DNA of 64,000 bases from Octopus sinensis. Lineage: Eukaryota. Below, piece after piece: positions 1-11,721 of this stretch. The position numbers were made by a program, and so were the translations under genes. The DNA is taken from contig NC_042998.1 of the NCBI RefSeq assembly GCF_006345805.1, positions 184,078,001 to 184,142,000 of the forward strand, in the 5' to 3' direction. Position 1 is the first letter of the stretch, and the number at the start of each line of letters is the position of its first letter. Under the pieces are notes generated by a model. The model was not told the origin of the DNA, did no database searches, and saw nothing but the letters and a program-made list of their open reading frames with translations.

Positions 1-358
1 TATAGCCTCGGGCTGACCAAGGCCTTGTGAGTGGATTTGGTAGAAGGAAACTGAAAGTAGCCTTTCTCATCTATCTATCTATCTATCTATCTGTCTGTCT
101 GTCTATCTCTGTGTATGTCTATATGTCTTTGTCTGTGTTTGTCTCCTCATACGACTGCTTGATAAATTGCGTTGAGCTGTTTACTTCCCCATAACTTTGT
201 GGTTCACCAAAAGACACCGATAGAATGAGTACAAGGCTTATAAAAACAAAAAGGAGTACTGGAATCTATTTATTTGACTATAAAATATTCTTCAAGGCAT
301 TGCTCTAGCATGGTCACAGTCTGATGACTGAAACAAATGAAAGATGAAAGATAAAAGA
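1..358 (+). mobile_element. SINE family B (tRNA-derived, central microsatellite), 5' end cut by window edge
   Basis: Matches body and tail of the intact copy at 16007-16448 (gccttgtgagtggatttggtaga...gatagaat.agtac...tgactgaaac). Confidence 0.85.
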
Positions 359-494
359 TATATATTATAATGTGTTTGAACCATTCCATTAAGTGTAAAT
401 GAGGTAAATGTTTTCAAAAGCCCTTGACCTTATGTGTGTGAGGAATGTAGCAAAATATGTAAAAGGATGTCAGTGAATAAAGACAAAAGATATT

Positions 495-926
495 GCGTGT
501 GGTAAGAAGTTTGTTTCTCAACCACATGGTTCTAGGTTCAGTCCCACTGCATGCCACCTTAGGCAAGTGTTTCTTACTATGGCCTCGGACCGACCAAAGA
601 TTTTGTGAGTTGATTTGGTAGATGGAAACAGAAAGAAGCCGGTCATGTAAGCACACACACACACACACACACATATATGTATATATATATAATATGTACA
701 TGTATTTGTGTGTGTTTTGTGTCTTTGCGTCTTGACAATTGATGTTGGTGTGTTTATGTCCCCATAACACAGAAGTTTGGCAAAGAAGACTGATAGAATA
801 AGTACTAGGCTTACAAACTATAAGTTCTGGAGTAAATTTCTTCGATGAAAACACTTTCAGGTGGTGCTCCAACATGGCCACAGCCAAAATGACTGAAACA
901 TGTAAAAGAGCAAAAGAATAAAAGAG
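495..926 (+). mobile_element. SINE family B copy
   Basis: Head gtgtggtaagaagtttg...ggttcagtcccactg...accttaggcaagt, central (CA)/(TA) tract, tail aaatgactgaaac...aaaagag. Confidence 0.85.
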
Positions 927-1169
927 TAAGTTGTTTAAGGACCCTATAATATTTCAGAAAGAACACCTCTTTCCTATTACAAAATAGAAAAACAAAATAA
1001 AAAAGAACAAAAAAACTCCAACTAATCATATAGTCTGCAGAAATGTGTTGTTATCGGCAGGCTGTTCTAGCGAGTTCGTTGTTGTGATAGAAATTTTTTG
1101 AAATAGTTTCAGTACCACATGTGTTGGTAGAATTGTGTGGCTTGTTGATGTGGATTGCATCAGCATACA

Positions 1170-1449
1170 AGCACAGGTGTGGCTGTATGGTATGCTTCCC
1201 AACCACATGATTCTGGGTTCAGTCCCGCTGTGTGACACCTTGGGCAAGTGTCTTCTACTATAGTCTCGCGAGTGGCTTTGGTAGATGGAAACTGAAAGAA
1301 GCCTGCTGAATATATATATAGAAGAGCGTAGACTCGAAACGTAAAAGACTTTTCCTATTCCTGAGCATTATACTAATACATCGTTTGTTTTGTACACCAC
1401 CTGTCTTCGTTTTTTTGTTTTTTTCGTAAACTCTCCCTATATATATATA

Positions 1450-1502
<53 letters not shown>

Positions 1503-1750
1503 GTATGTAGTATGCATATATGTGTGTTGTGTGTGTGTGTATTGTGTGTGTGTGTCTGTGTTTGTCACCCCTCCCAGCATTGCTTGACAACCAATGTTGG
1601 TGTGTTTACATCCTCATAATTTAGCAGTTCAGTAAAAGAGACCAATAGAATAAGTACTAGACTTACAAAGAATAAAACCTAGGATTGATTTCTTCAACTA
1701 AAACCCTCAAGGCAGAGCCCCAGCCCAATGATTGAAACAAGTAAAGCAGA
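1170..1750 (+). mobile_element. SINE family B copy split by a family-F module and (TA)n expansion
   Basis: Head 1170-1310 and tail 1550-1750 flank the F module at 1319-1438. Confidence 0.75.
1319..1438 (+). mobile_element. Family F short repeat (Penelope pLTR-like, partial minimal hammerhead)
   Basis: gaagagcgtagactcgaaacgtaaaag...ttttgtacaccacctgtcttcg; homologous to 17990-18150 (+) and 8305-8402 (-). Confidence 0.6.
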
Positions 1751-1796
1751 ATATTATACATGTGTATGTATATATATATATATAATATATGTATAT

Positions 1797-1842
<46 letters not shown>

Positions 1843-1882
1843 TATATATATGCATTATATATATAATATATATATATATATT

Positions 1883-3910
1883 ATCATCATCATCATCATC
1901 ATCATTTAGCGTCCGTTTTCCATGCTAGCATGGGTTGGACGGTTCTACTGGGGTCTGTGAAGCCAGAAGGCTTCATCAGGCCCAGTCAAATCTGGCAGTG
2001 TTTCTACGGCTGGATGCCCTTCCTAACGCCAACCACTCCGTGAGTGTAGTGGGTGCTTTTACGTGCCACCCGCACTGGTGCCAGACAGAGCTGGCAAACG
2101 GCCACGAACGGATGGTGCTTTTTATGTGCTACCGGCACGAGGGCCAGGCGAGGCTGGCAACGGACACGAAACGGGGCGGTGCTGGCAACGGTCGCGAAAC
2201 GGAAAGTTCTCTTACATGCCACCGGCACTGGTAACACATCTGCAATTTCCATTGATCGATTTCGATTCTGATCCTCACTTGCCTCAATGGGTCTTCACAA
2301 GCAGAGTTTCGACATGCCACCGGCACTGGTAGCACATCCGCAATTTCCATTGATCGATTCGATTCTGATCCTCACTTGCCTCAACACGTCTTCACAAGTA
2401 GAGTTTTGTGTCCCAAGAAGGGAAGTATGCATACGTAGGCTGGCTCCATCCCATGTAGAAGGCCACGGGTTGTGGACTCACTTGTCCTGCCGGGTCTTCT
2501 CGCGCACAGCACACTTCCAGAGGTCTCGGTCTCTAGTCATTTCCTCAGTGAGACCTAAAGTTCGAAGGTCGTGCTTCACCACCTCGTCCCAGGTTTTCCT
2601 GGGTCTGCCTCTTCCACAGGTTCCCTCAACCGCTAGGGTGTGGCACTTTTTCACACAACTATCTTCATCCATTCTCGCCACATGACCATACCAGCGCAAC
2701 GTCTCTCTTGCACACCACAACTGATGCTTCTTAGGTCCAGCTTTTCTCTCAAGGTACTTACACTCTGCCGAGTGTGAGTACCGGCATTACACATCCATCG
2801 GAGCATACTGGCTTCATTTCTAGCGAGCTTACGCATATCCTCAGCAGTCACGGCCCATGTTTCACTGCCATGTAGCATGGCTGTTCGTACACACGCATCA
2901 TACAGTCTGCCTTTCACTCTGTGCGAGAGGCCTTTTGTCACCAGCAGAGGTAAGAGCTCTCTGAACTTTGCCCAAGCTATTCTTACTCTAGCAGTTACAC
3001 TTTCAGCACACCCACCCTCGCTGCTGACTTGGTCACCTAGGTAACGGAAACTATCAACTATTTCTAGTTTTTCTCCCTGGAAAGTGACGGAAGTTGGTCT
3101 CAGAGCATTTTCAGTGTTTATTGTTCCTGAGCATCTGCCACATACAAAAACCATCTTCCTAGTTAGCCTTCCTTTGACATTGCTGCATCTCTTATGTGTC
3201 CATAGCTTACACTTGGTGCATCTTATAGAGTTTCTACCTACACCTTTTCTACAGATCGAGCAGGGCCATCTACCTGAAGGTGTTTGTGATTTGTCTACCT
3301 TCCTACTGATTACGACTTTGGTTTTAGCTAAATTGACTCTGAGGCCCTTCGATTCTAATCCTTGTTTCCACACCTGAAACTTCTCCTCCAGTTCTGATAG
3401 CGACTCAGCAATTAGAGCAAGGTCATCAGCATAGAGGAGCTCCAAGGGCATCCTTGTCTTGAATTCCTCCGTTATTGCCTGGAGGACTATGATAAATAGG
3501 AGGGGGCTGAGTACTGAGCCTTGGTGGACCCCTACCTCTACCCGGAATTCTTCACTGTACTCATTTCCAACCCTCACCCTACTAGCGGCGTCCCTATACA
3601 TGGCCCGCACAGCTCTCACTAACCATTCATCTATCCCTAGTTTTCTCATTGCCACCAGATAAGGGATCGGGGGACCCTGTCGAAGGCTTTCTCCATGTCA
3701 ACAAAAGCCAGGTACAGGGGCTTATCTTTGGCTAGGTATTTCTCCTGCAGCTGCCTTACCAGGAATATAGCATCAGTAGTACTTTTCCCTGGCACAAACC
3801 CAAACTGCATCTCATCTAAACTAACTCTCTCTTAATTAGTTGGCTATGACCCTCTCCGTAACCTTCATCACCTGGTCCAACAGCTTGATACCTCTGTAGT
3901 TATTTGTATC
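1883..3910 (-). mobile_element. RTE-clade LINE (family A), 5'-truncated young copy
   Basis: RT motifs NYRGIKLL, QFGFVPGKSTTDAIF, FVDMEKAFDRV, GVHQGSVLSPLLF, LLYADD; C-terminal RWYGHV...GRGRPRKTW; 3'UTR ends in palindrome plus (GAT)n. Confidence 0.95.
2478..3910 (-). pseudogene. RTE reverse transcriptase ORF (RT + PHD-like finger + C-terminal region), frameshifted
   Basis: ORFs 2651-3655 and 2478-2720 plus upstream frame 3655-3910 join into one RTE protein after 1-bp shifts near 3652 and 2700. Confidence 0.9.
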
Positions 3911-4345
3911 TATATAAAATATGTGCATGTATAATATATATCATATATATATATATATGTGTATACATATGTATATATGTGTGTGTGTATAAAAAAATGA
4001 ATTTATATATATATATATAATATATATATATATGTCTTAATGTATATTATCAATATTATGAGCATGCAAAGCAATTAGAATCAAAACAGTGAAATGTATA
4101 TTCGCTCTTAAGATGCTTCTGCTGACTTGGATACGGAAACCGCTTAAAGTAGATTCATATCAGAGTCTGTCGGAATGTATTAACATTAAATACACATCAT
4201 TGTGTGTGTATGTGTGTGTGTGTACACGTACAAATGTATATGTATATAATATATATATATATAATATATAATATATATGTATACATACACACATATACAT
4301 GCACATATTATGTGGTGTAAATGTATACCTATGTAACTATATCTA

Positions 4346-4382
<37 letters not shown>

Positions 4383-4414
4383 CTCTATCTATCTCTCTAT
4401 CTGTTGACTCTCTT

Positions 4415-4449
<35 letters not shown>

Positions 4450-4456
4450 GTGTGTG

Positions 4457-4503
<47 letters not shown>

Positions 4504-4506
<3 letters not shown>

Positions 4507-5768
4507 TCATCATCATCATCGTTTAACGTCCGCTTTCCATGCTAGCATAGGTTGGACGATTTTGACTGAGGGCTGGCAAACCAGATGCCTGCAACAGGCT
4601 CCAATCATGATCTGGCAGAGTTTCTGCAGCTGGATGCCCTTCCTAATGCCAACAACTCCGAGAGTGTAGCGGGTGCTTTTACGTGCCACTGGCATGGGGG
4701 CCAGTTTGGTGGTACTGGCAGCAACCTCACTTGAATCTTTTTACACATGTCACCAGCACAGGTGCCAGTAAGGCGATGCTGGTAATGACCACACTCGAAT
4801 GGTGCCTTTTACATGCCACCGGCACGGAAGCCAGTTAGTCGCTCTGGCAACGATCATGCTCGATTGGTGCTCTTGGTTCCCTACTAACATGGATGCCAGT
4901 CATCGAATTTGAATTTGATTTTGATTTTGATTTCACTTGGCTCAAAAGGTCTTTGCAAGCAGAGTTTTAGTGTCCAAAGAAGGAAAAGGTACGCATAAGT
5001 GGACTGGTTATGCTCCTGGCATTCGCCACGAGGTTATGGTCTCATTTGGCTTGCTGAGTCTTCTCAAGCACAGCATATTTCCAAATGTCTCGGTCACTAG
5101 TCATTTCCTTGGTGAGGCCTAATGTTCGAAGGTCGTGCTTCACCACTTCATCCCAGGTCTTCCTGGGTCTACCTCTTCCACAGGTTCCCTCAACCGCTTA
5201 GGGTGTGGCACTTTTTCACACAACTATCCTCATCCATTCTCGCCACATGACCATACCAGTGCAGTCGTCTCTCTCACACATCACATCTGATGCTTCTTAG
5301 GTCTAACTTTTCTCTCAAGGTACTTACACTCTGTCGGGTATGCACACTGACATTGCACATCCATTGGATCATACTGGCTTCATTTCTTGTGAGCTTACGC
5401 ATGTCCTCAGCAGTCACAGTCCATGTTTCACTGCTGTGTAGCATGGCTGTTCGTACACAAGCATCATACAGTCTACCTTTTACTCTGAGCGAGAGGCCCT
5501 TTGTCACCAGAAGAGGTAAGAGCTCTCTGAACTTTGCCCAAGCTATTCTTATTCTAGCAGCTACACTTTCAGCGCACCCTCCCCGGCTACTGACTTGGTC
5601 ACCTAGGTAATGGAAGCTATCAACTACTTCTAGTTTTTCTCCCTGTTCTCTGCACATTTTCAGTGTTTACTGCTCCCGAGCATCTGACACATACAAAAAC
5701 TATCTTCCCAGTTAGCCTTTCTTTGATATTACTGCACTTCTTATGTGTCCATCGCTTACACTGAGTAC
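4504..5768 (-). mobile_element. RTE family A copy, 5'-truncated, small internal deletion
   Basis: ORF 5274-5657 (EVVDSFHYLGD...LHSSETW) and CTQCKRWTHKKC finger remnant; same 3'UTR and tail. Confidence 0.92.
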
Positions 5769-5972
5769 ATGAAAACACAAAGAGAAAACACAACAATGCA
5801 AGGACGTGAAACAAGTATAGTATTATTGGATGCTCAAGAAAGAAGGAAAGAAGGAGGGTTTAATGTTTTGAGCAGAGATCTTCATCAGAAACATAGGAAA
5901 AGGAAAGATCCAAAGAAGGGAAGATGGAGGAAAAAAAATCGCCAAAATGGTACACACGCGGTCACATTTTGA
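5769..5972 (-). mobile_element. Short repeat with decayed hammerhead (Penelope pLTR-like, family G)
   Basis: Minus strand reads GTTT-CTGATGA-AGATCTCTGCTC-AAAAC-ATT-AAAC at 5858-5892; abuts (TA)n. Confidence 0.55.
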
Positions 5973-6009
<37 letters not shown>

Positions 6010-6013
<4 letters not shown>

Positions 6014-6510
6014 ACCATTCCTGCTTTCCATGCTAGCATGGGTTGGATGATTTGACTGAGGTCTGGCAAACCAGATGGCTGCACCAGACTCCAATCTGAT
6101 CTGACAGTTTCTACAGCAGGATACCCTTCCTAACGCCAACCACTCAGAGAGTGTAGTGGGTGCTTTTACATGCCACTGGCATGAAGGCCAGTCAGGCAGT
6201 ACTGGCAACGGCCATGCTCAAATGGAGTTCTTTACGTGCCACCTGCACAGGCGCCAGTCCAGTGGCACTGGCAATGACCTTGCTTGAATGTTGTTTCTTG
6301 TGCCACCGGTACAAGTGCCAGTTAGGCTAACGCTGGTAACAATCACACTCAAAAGGTGCTTTTTACATGCCACTGGCACAAACGCCAGTTAGCCTCTTTG
6401 GCAACGGTCACGCTTGGATGGTGCTCTTAGCACTCCACTAGCACGGGTGCCAGTCATCAAATTTGATTTCGATTTCACTTGCCTCAATAGGTCTTTGTAA
6501 GCAGAGTCTT
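6010..6510 (-). mobile_element. RTE family A 3'UTR fragment
   Basis: ttccatgctagcatgggttgga...cccttcctaacgccaaccac plus tandem UTR modules. Confidence 0.88.
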
Positions 6511-6519
6511 CTCTTGGGC

Positions 6520-6990
6520 ATACCATATTTGTTTTCCCTCTTAAATCCAATGTTTTTCACAGTTCATTTGCGATCTTTTGTATACTACCCCAGATAGTCA
6601 TGACCACATTGTCACATAAAACCAGCCTCAAACATTTCTCTTATGTGCTGGAGAACCATAATAAAGAAGATGGAACTGTGGACTAAATCTTAGTGGATAT
6701 TTGCCAGCACTTTTCTTCACTGAACTGATTGCTAACTTTCATCTTCCTAGTGGCATTTCTGTACATGGTTTACACACCTCTCCATCCCTCAAAAGCTATT
6801 CATTTACACCTAGTTTTCTTAACAATCACTAGACAAAGAGAATATGGTACTCTGCCAAATGCCTTTTCCAGGCCAGTAAAATGTTAGCAGTAGTGGCTTA
6901 TTCTTAGCTTATAACTTTTGTAGATGTTTCACTAAGAACAGGGAATTTATGGTTCCCCGTCATCCATTCTGGCACAAACCCATATATCTA
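6520..6990 (-). pseudogene. Old degraded RTE RT fragment
   Basis: Minus strand retains GFVP and LEKAF-RVP-like motifs (6850-6980) with many stops. Confidence 0.5.
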
Positions 6991-7164
6991 TGTTTCACCA
7001 TCATTGTCATTTTAGATGCACTTTCTAGGTTGGCAAAAGTTGGATGGAACATTACAGTGTGAGTCAATTCTTATTTAGACCTACTGCCCTCCCAGATGAG
7101 TCAGATGACCACATCTTAGTTGCAGGTTTCAGTTCAGGCTTAAATTCAATGGCTCGATGCCCTT

Positions 7165-7620
7165 CATCATCATCATCATCATCATCATCGTTTAACGTCC
7201 GTTTTCCATGCTAGCATGGGTTGGACGGTTTAACTGGGGCCTGGGAAGCCAGAAGGCTGCGCCAGGCCCAGTCTGATCTGGCAGTGTTTCTACAGATGGA
7301 TGCCCTTCCTAACGCCAACCACTCCACTCCGTGAGTGTAGTGGGTGCTTTTTACATGCCACCTGCACAGGTGCCAGACGAGGCTGGCAAACGACCACGAT
7401 CGGATGGTGCTTTTTACATACCACTGGCACGGGGGCCAGACGAGGCTGGCAACGGCCACAATCGGATGGTGCTTTTTACGTGCCACCGGCACGGAGGCCA
7501 GTCGGGGCGGCGCTGGCAATGGCCACATTCGGATGATTCTCTAACGTGCCACCGGCACTGGTATCACAGCTACAATTTCCAATGATGTTGATTGATTTCG
7601 ATTTTGATTTTGATTTTCTT
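7165..7620 (-). mobile_element. RTE family A 3'UTR fragment
   Basis: (cat)n-cgtttaacgtccg-ccatgctagcatgg and UTR modules. Confidence 0.9.
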
Positions 7621-8000
7621 AACATCAATTACTTTACAGTGTGTATTGGGTGTATTTTACAATGGAACCAACACTGAAGAGGTTGTCATATCTTCAACAA
7701 GATGAAGGGGGTTTCTCCGTCATGCCATTATTTTTGCTAAACTACTTTACATAGTATACTGGGAGTGGCGTTGTCCTGAACACTCCTCGATGTGTTCATT
7801 CATCCAAGGCTATGCGTAAGAGGAGGAATGTGAACGGAAGTGAGATTGATTACCTGGAAAGAGAGGTGGAGGAAAAAGAGTATGACCTCAGAAACAGGAT
7901 GGTTTAGATGAAAGAGTGGCAGAGGGGATGGGAGAGAGAGAGTGTTAATAAACTGCATCAATCAAGTCTGTTGCAGTCAGACTATGTATCTTCACACACA

Positions 8001-8031
<31 letters not shown>

Positions 8032-8304
8032 CATGTATTTATGCATATACGTGCATGTGTGTATAGGTAATAACAGTCTTTAGAGGCATATATTTTAGGA
8101 GTTTTATGATTTAATTATAAGTTAAAATAGATTTTATCAAGGATTAGTCCTTGTTGAGGATTATCTGCTGATGTTCTTATCAGAAATATACATACATACA
8201 CACATACATACAAACACACATATATATATATACATATATGTATACATACATATATATATATGTATATACACACACACACACACACACATATATATGTATA
8301 TATA

Positions 8305-8402
8305 ATGGGAAGGTTTATGAAAATACACAAAAGACGAAGGCAGGTGGGGTACAAACAAACAAATGTATTAGTATGGCGCTCAGGAATAGAAATAGAACAA
8401 GT
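8305..8402 (-). mobile_element. Family F short repeat, partial
   Basis: Reverse complement of the 3' part of 1319-1438; embedded in (TA)/(CA). Confidence 0.6.
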
Positions 8403-8406
8403 ATGT

Positions 8407-8440
<34 letters not shown>

Positions 8441-8589
8441 ATATATACATATATGTATATATATATATTTATATATTTATATATACACACACACATACAT
8501 ACACACATATACACACACTTATTATCGTCATTGTTGTTATCATCATCATGGCCATCATTGTCGTTATCCTTATCACATTATCATCACTA

Positions 8590-9600
8590 GTGTTACCAAT
8601 TCAGTAGTTAAAATCTCTTTTATTAGGTGTTTGCTATCAGTTGTTTTTAAATCCATTTGGTTAATATTGTCAGCCAAACAACAAACAGAAATCACTCTCA
8701 CAGAATTAACGTTAATGCAATTAGTATATCTTTCATTAATAAAATACAGTTTGGATGAGTTCTCTTCATTGATTGATCAAGCTGTTAGCTAAAAGAAAAG
8801 ATTATTGTCTATTATTTCAAAATACACAGGTCAGCAAAAGTCTTATGCTTTGATGTAAAGGTATGTAGTTAAATGGTTAGGGCATTTAGCACATTATTGT
8901 AAAGTCGTGAGTTCAGTTCCAGGTGGCTTGTGGTGTACTTGAGCAAAGTACTTTATTTCACACAGCTCCAGTCCACTCAGCTGGCAAAATTGAGCTGTAC
9001 ATGTAATTCAAAGGGTCAGCCTTGTCACATTCTATGTCACACTGAATCTCCCTGAGAAATATGTTAAGGTATGCTTGTCAGTGTAGTGCTCAGCTATTTG
9101 CATGTTAGTTTCATGAGCAGACTGTTCCATTGATTGGATCGACTGAAATCCTTGTTGTTGTAACTAATGGTGTGCTAGCTATGTGACTGATAGAAATGCA
9201 TCTTCCTCAATTTCCATTTCAATTTTTCTGTTGTAATACAGATTCCGTACAATTTCATCTTAGGAGGTAACAAATGAAACTCTTTGAAAATTTGTTTAGC
9301 AATTTCACCCATCCTCTGTTCATCTCTTTCACGACATTTTACCCACTTGAAATGATTTTGATTAATTGTACAAAAGCTGGTCAAGATTTATCCAGATAAG
9401 AAGTGAAAGGCTTCCATTTGAGCCTGGCATACACAGCTCTAAACATCAACATTCAGTTATGACTACATTATTGACAATACTCAAATAAGACCAAATAATT
9501 ATCAAGGATTCTCTGAAAGCAAGTAGTGTATAGTGTGGCTCCAGCTGAATTTTGAACCACTGCTCTTAGATTTTCCCAGTTCAGGACCACAACCTACAGA
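8590..9600 (-). pseudogene. Decayed hAT (ZMYM1-like) transposase remnant
   Basis: Minus-strand peptides TCFQRILDNYLVL, VCQAQMEAFHFL and [26 protein letters not shown] occur in the order expected for hAT transposase C-terminal halves; stops and frameshifts; interrupted by a SINE. Confidence 0.55.
8860..9175 (+). mobile_element. SINE family E (CORE-like), old copy
   Basis: tRNA-like head then cttgagcaaagtactttatttcac..gctccagtccactcagctg, homologous to 61900-62240. Confidence 0.7.
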
Positions 9601-9637
9601 TACTGCTATAAAAGGCAAATTGTTGCCATAAATGGCA

Positions 9638-9859
9638 TTAACTCTCTTGGGACACCCAGGCTGATTCGTCACCCCAAATGGTACAAACTGAAAGGACTTT
9701 GGGGACAATACATTGGCCCAAGGGAACAAATGTTGAGAATGGTTGGTTTTGAGGTGTAATAGCTAACCAGAGATAGTCTTTCAGTAGATATATCTCAATA
9801 GAAAAGAAAATGGTCTTTTTGGCTACACATACCAAAACAGTGTGTCTCAAAAGGGTTAA
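9638..9859. mobile_element. piggyBac-type MITE (TTAA TSD)
   Basis: TTAA at 9638-9641 and 9856-9859; TIRs ctctcttgggacac / gtgtctcaaaaggg (11/14 complementary). Confidence 0.7.
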
Positions 9860-10104
9860 TGCCTATATGAATATGGCTCAACCAGTCAACAGTGGTTGAT
9901 TAGTTATGATTGATATGGTAAATCTTGAAGGAAGGTTTCCTGCCAAATAGCTTGATCGAAGTCTTTTGCTTTTGCATATAAAATGTTGGTGAATTCAACC
10001 TCAGATGATGAGCCAGCCAGCAGTGTTTATAAAACTTTACACTTTGCTCAGTGAATCTCCCCCTTTTACCTTCTCTTAACACTCTCTTAACATTCTTGAG
10101 TCAT

Positions 10105-10502
10105 TATCATCATCATCATCGTCTAACGTCTGCTTTCCATGCTAGCATGGGTTGGACGATTTTGACTGAGGGCTGGCGAACCAGATGGTTGCACTAGTCT
10201 CCAATCTTGATTTGGCAGAGTTTCTACAGCTGAATGCCCTTCATAACGCCAACCACTCTGAGAGTGTTGTGGGTGCTTTTTACGTGCCACTGGCACGGGG
10301 GCCAGTCTGGCAGTACTGGCAACGACCTCGCTCAAATCCTTTTACACATGCCACCAGCACAGGTGCCAGTAAGGCGACTTTGGTAACGATCACGCTTGAA
10401 TGGTGCCCTTTTACGTCCCACTGGCACGGAAGCCAGTTGGCTGCTCTGGCAATGATCACACTCGGATGGTGCTCTTGGCACCCTACTAGCACGGGCACTG
10501 TC
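10105..10502 (-). mobile_element. RTE family A 3'UTR fragment
   Basis: (cat)n tail, palindrome, UTR modules. Confidence 0.88.
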
Positions 10503-10900
10503 ATGTACCACAAACATTACTGACCATATGTTTTAATGCTGAATCATGCACACAATACATACATGCAAGAATTCTAACTCTATTTATTTTGTCTTCAATA
10601 ACTATGAGCTATTTTAATTATATTATCTAGCATTCTACATTAGAGAAAATACCTAATTATTATGTTCATTATCTCATGAATGCTGTTCCATTAAATGAAA
10701 TATATGCCATGAAATAATACAAACAATGCAGGTTAATAAATATATAAGAAAACTCAAATAAATACTAGTGCGATCATTCTTGTTTTCACACACAGCCTAT
10801 TTTCAAATATCACCAAAGAATTAATGATTAAAACCCACATTAAAAATTGGTAACCTCTGATGCTACCAACTAAAATGGTGACTTATATGCTACAACTAAA

Positions 10901-11130
10901 GGCGGCGAGCTGGCAGGCACATTAGCGCGCTGGGCGAAATGCTTAGCGTATTTTTTCTGTTGTTACGTTCTGGATTCAAATTCCGCCAAGGTTGACTTTG
11001 CCTTTCATCCTTTCGGGGTCGATAAATAAAGTACCAGTTTCGCACTGGGGTCGATGTAATCGACTTAATCCCTTTGTCTGTCCTTGTTTGTCCCCTCTAT
11101 ATTTAGCCTCTTGTGGGCAATAAAGAAATA
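10901..11130 (+). mobile_element. SINE family C, full length with 17-bp TSD
   Basis: ggcggcgagctggcag...gactttgcctttcatcctttcggggtcgataaa; TSD tatatgctacaactaaa at 10884-10900 and 11131-11147. Confidence 0.92.
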
Positions 11131-11721
11131 TATATGCTACAACTAAATTAGTGACCTGACATCTCTATCATGACTTGATAAACTAGCAACTACTGAATTA
11201 ATTACTGTGGGACAACATCAATGCTGATATAATACTGTGCCTGATGTGTTTCTATATAATCCAGACAAGTAACCACAATAAATTACAACATTTTACTACT
11301 GTTTCTAGTGAATTTTTGCTAATTTTCTTGTATAACAAGAAAATAGTTCTCTCAAGGAACCTTTAAGGAAACAGTTATCCCTCTCATGTTTACCATCAAA
11401 AAGGCAAGCTACTTTAGTTTTTGTGAGAGATTGAAGTGTTGTTGATCAACTGGAAGAGTTAATGGATGATATTACAGACATTTCACTTCTTGCTTCCTCT
11501 ACCCATTTCATTTCTTCTATATCTTCAGAATTGGCAGCTTCCACAAGTTTACAGAGGACAGAATCCAGGTATTCATGGAAAAAATGGAATAGCTCAAAAC
11601 ACCTTGTTTTTTTCCCAGTGTTTCATCTCAAATTCCAAGAATTTGATGCTAAAATGCTCCTCTAGTTTTAACAGGAGAAGTAATACACACTTTTGATATC
11701 ACTATAGATACAACTTGTATG

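Noticed and set aside
318-336. CTGATGA..GAAAC hammerhead-like motif
   Set aside because: Only 2 nt between the core halves; a variant of the SINE B tail cagtcaaatgactgaaac.
8600-8792. Plus-strand exon candidate after ttttattag
   Set aside because: Better explained as the antisense shadow of the decayed hAT transposase.
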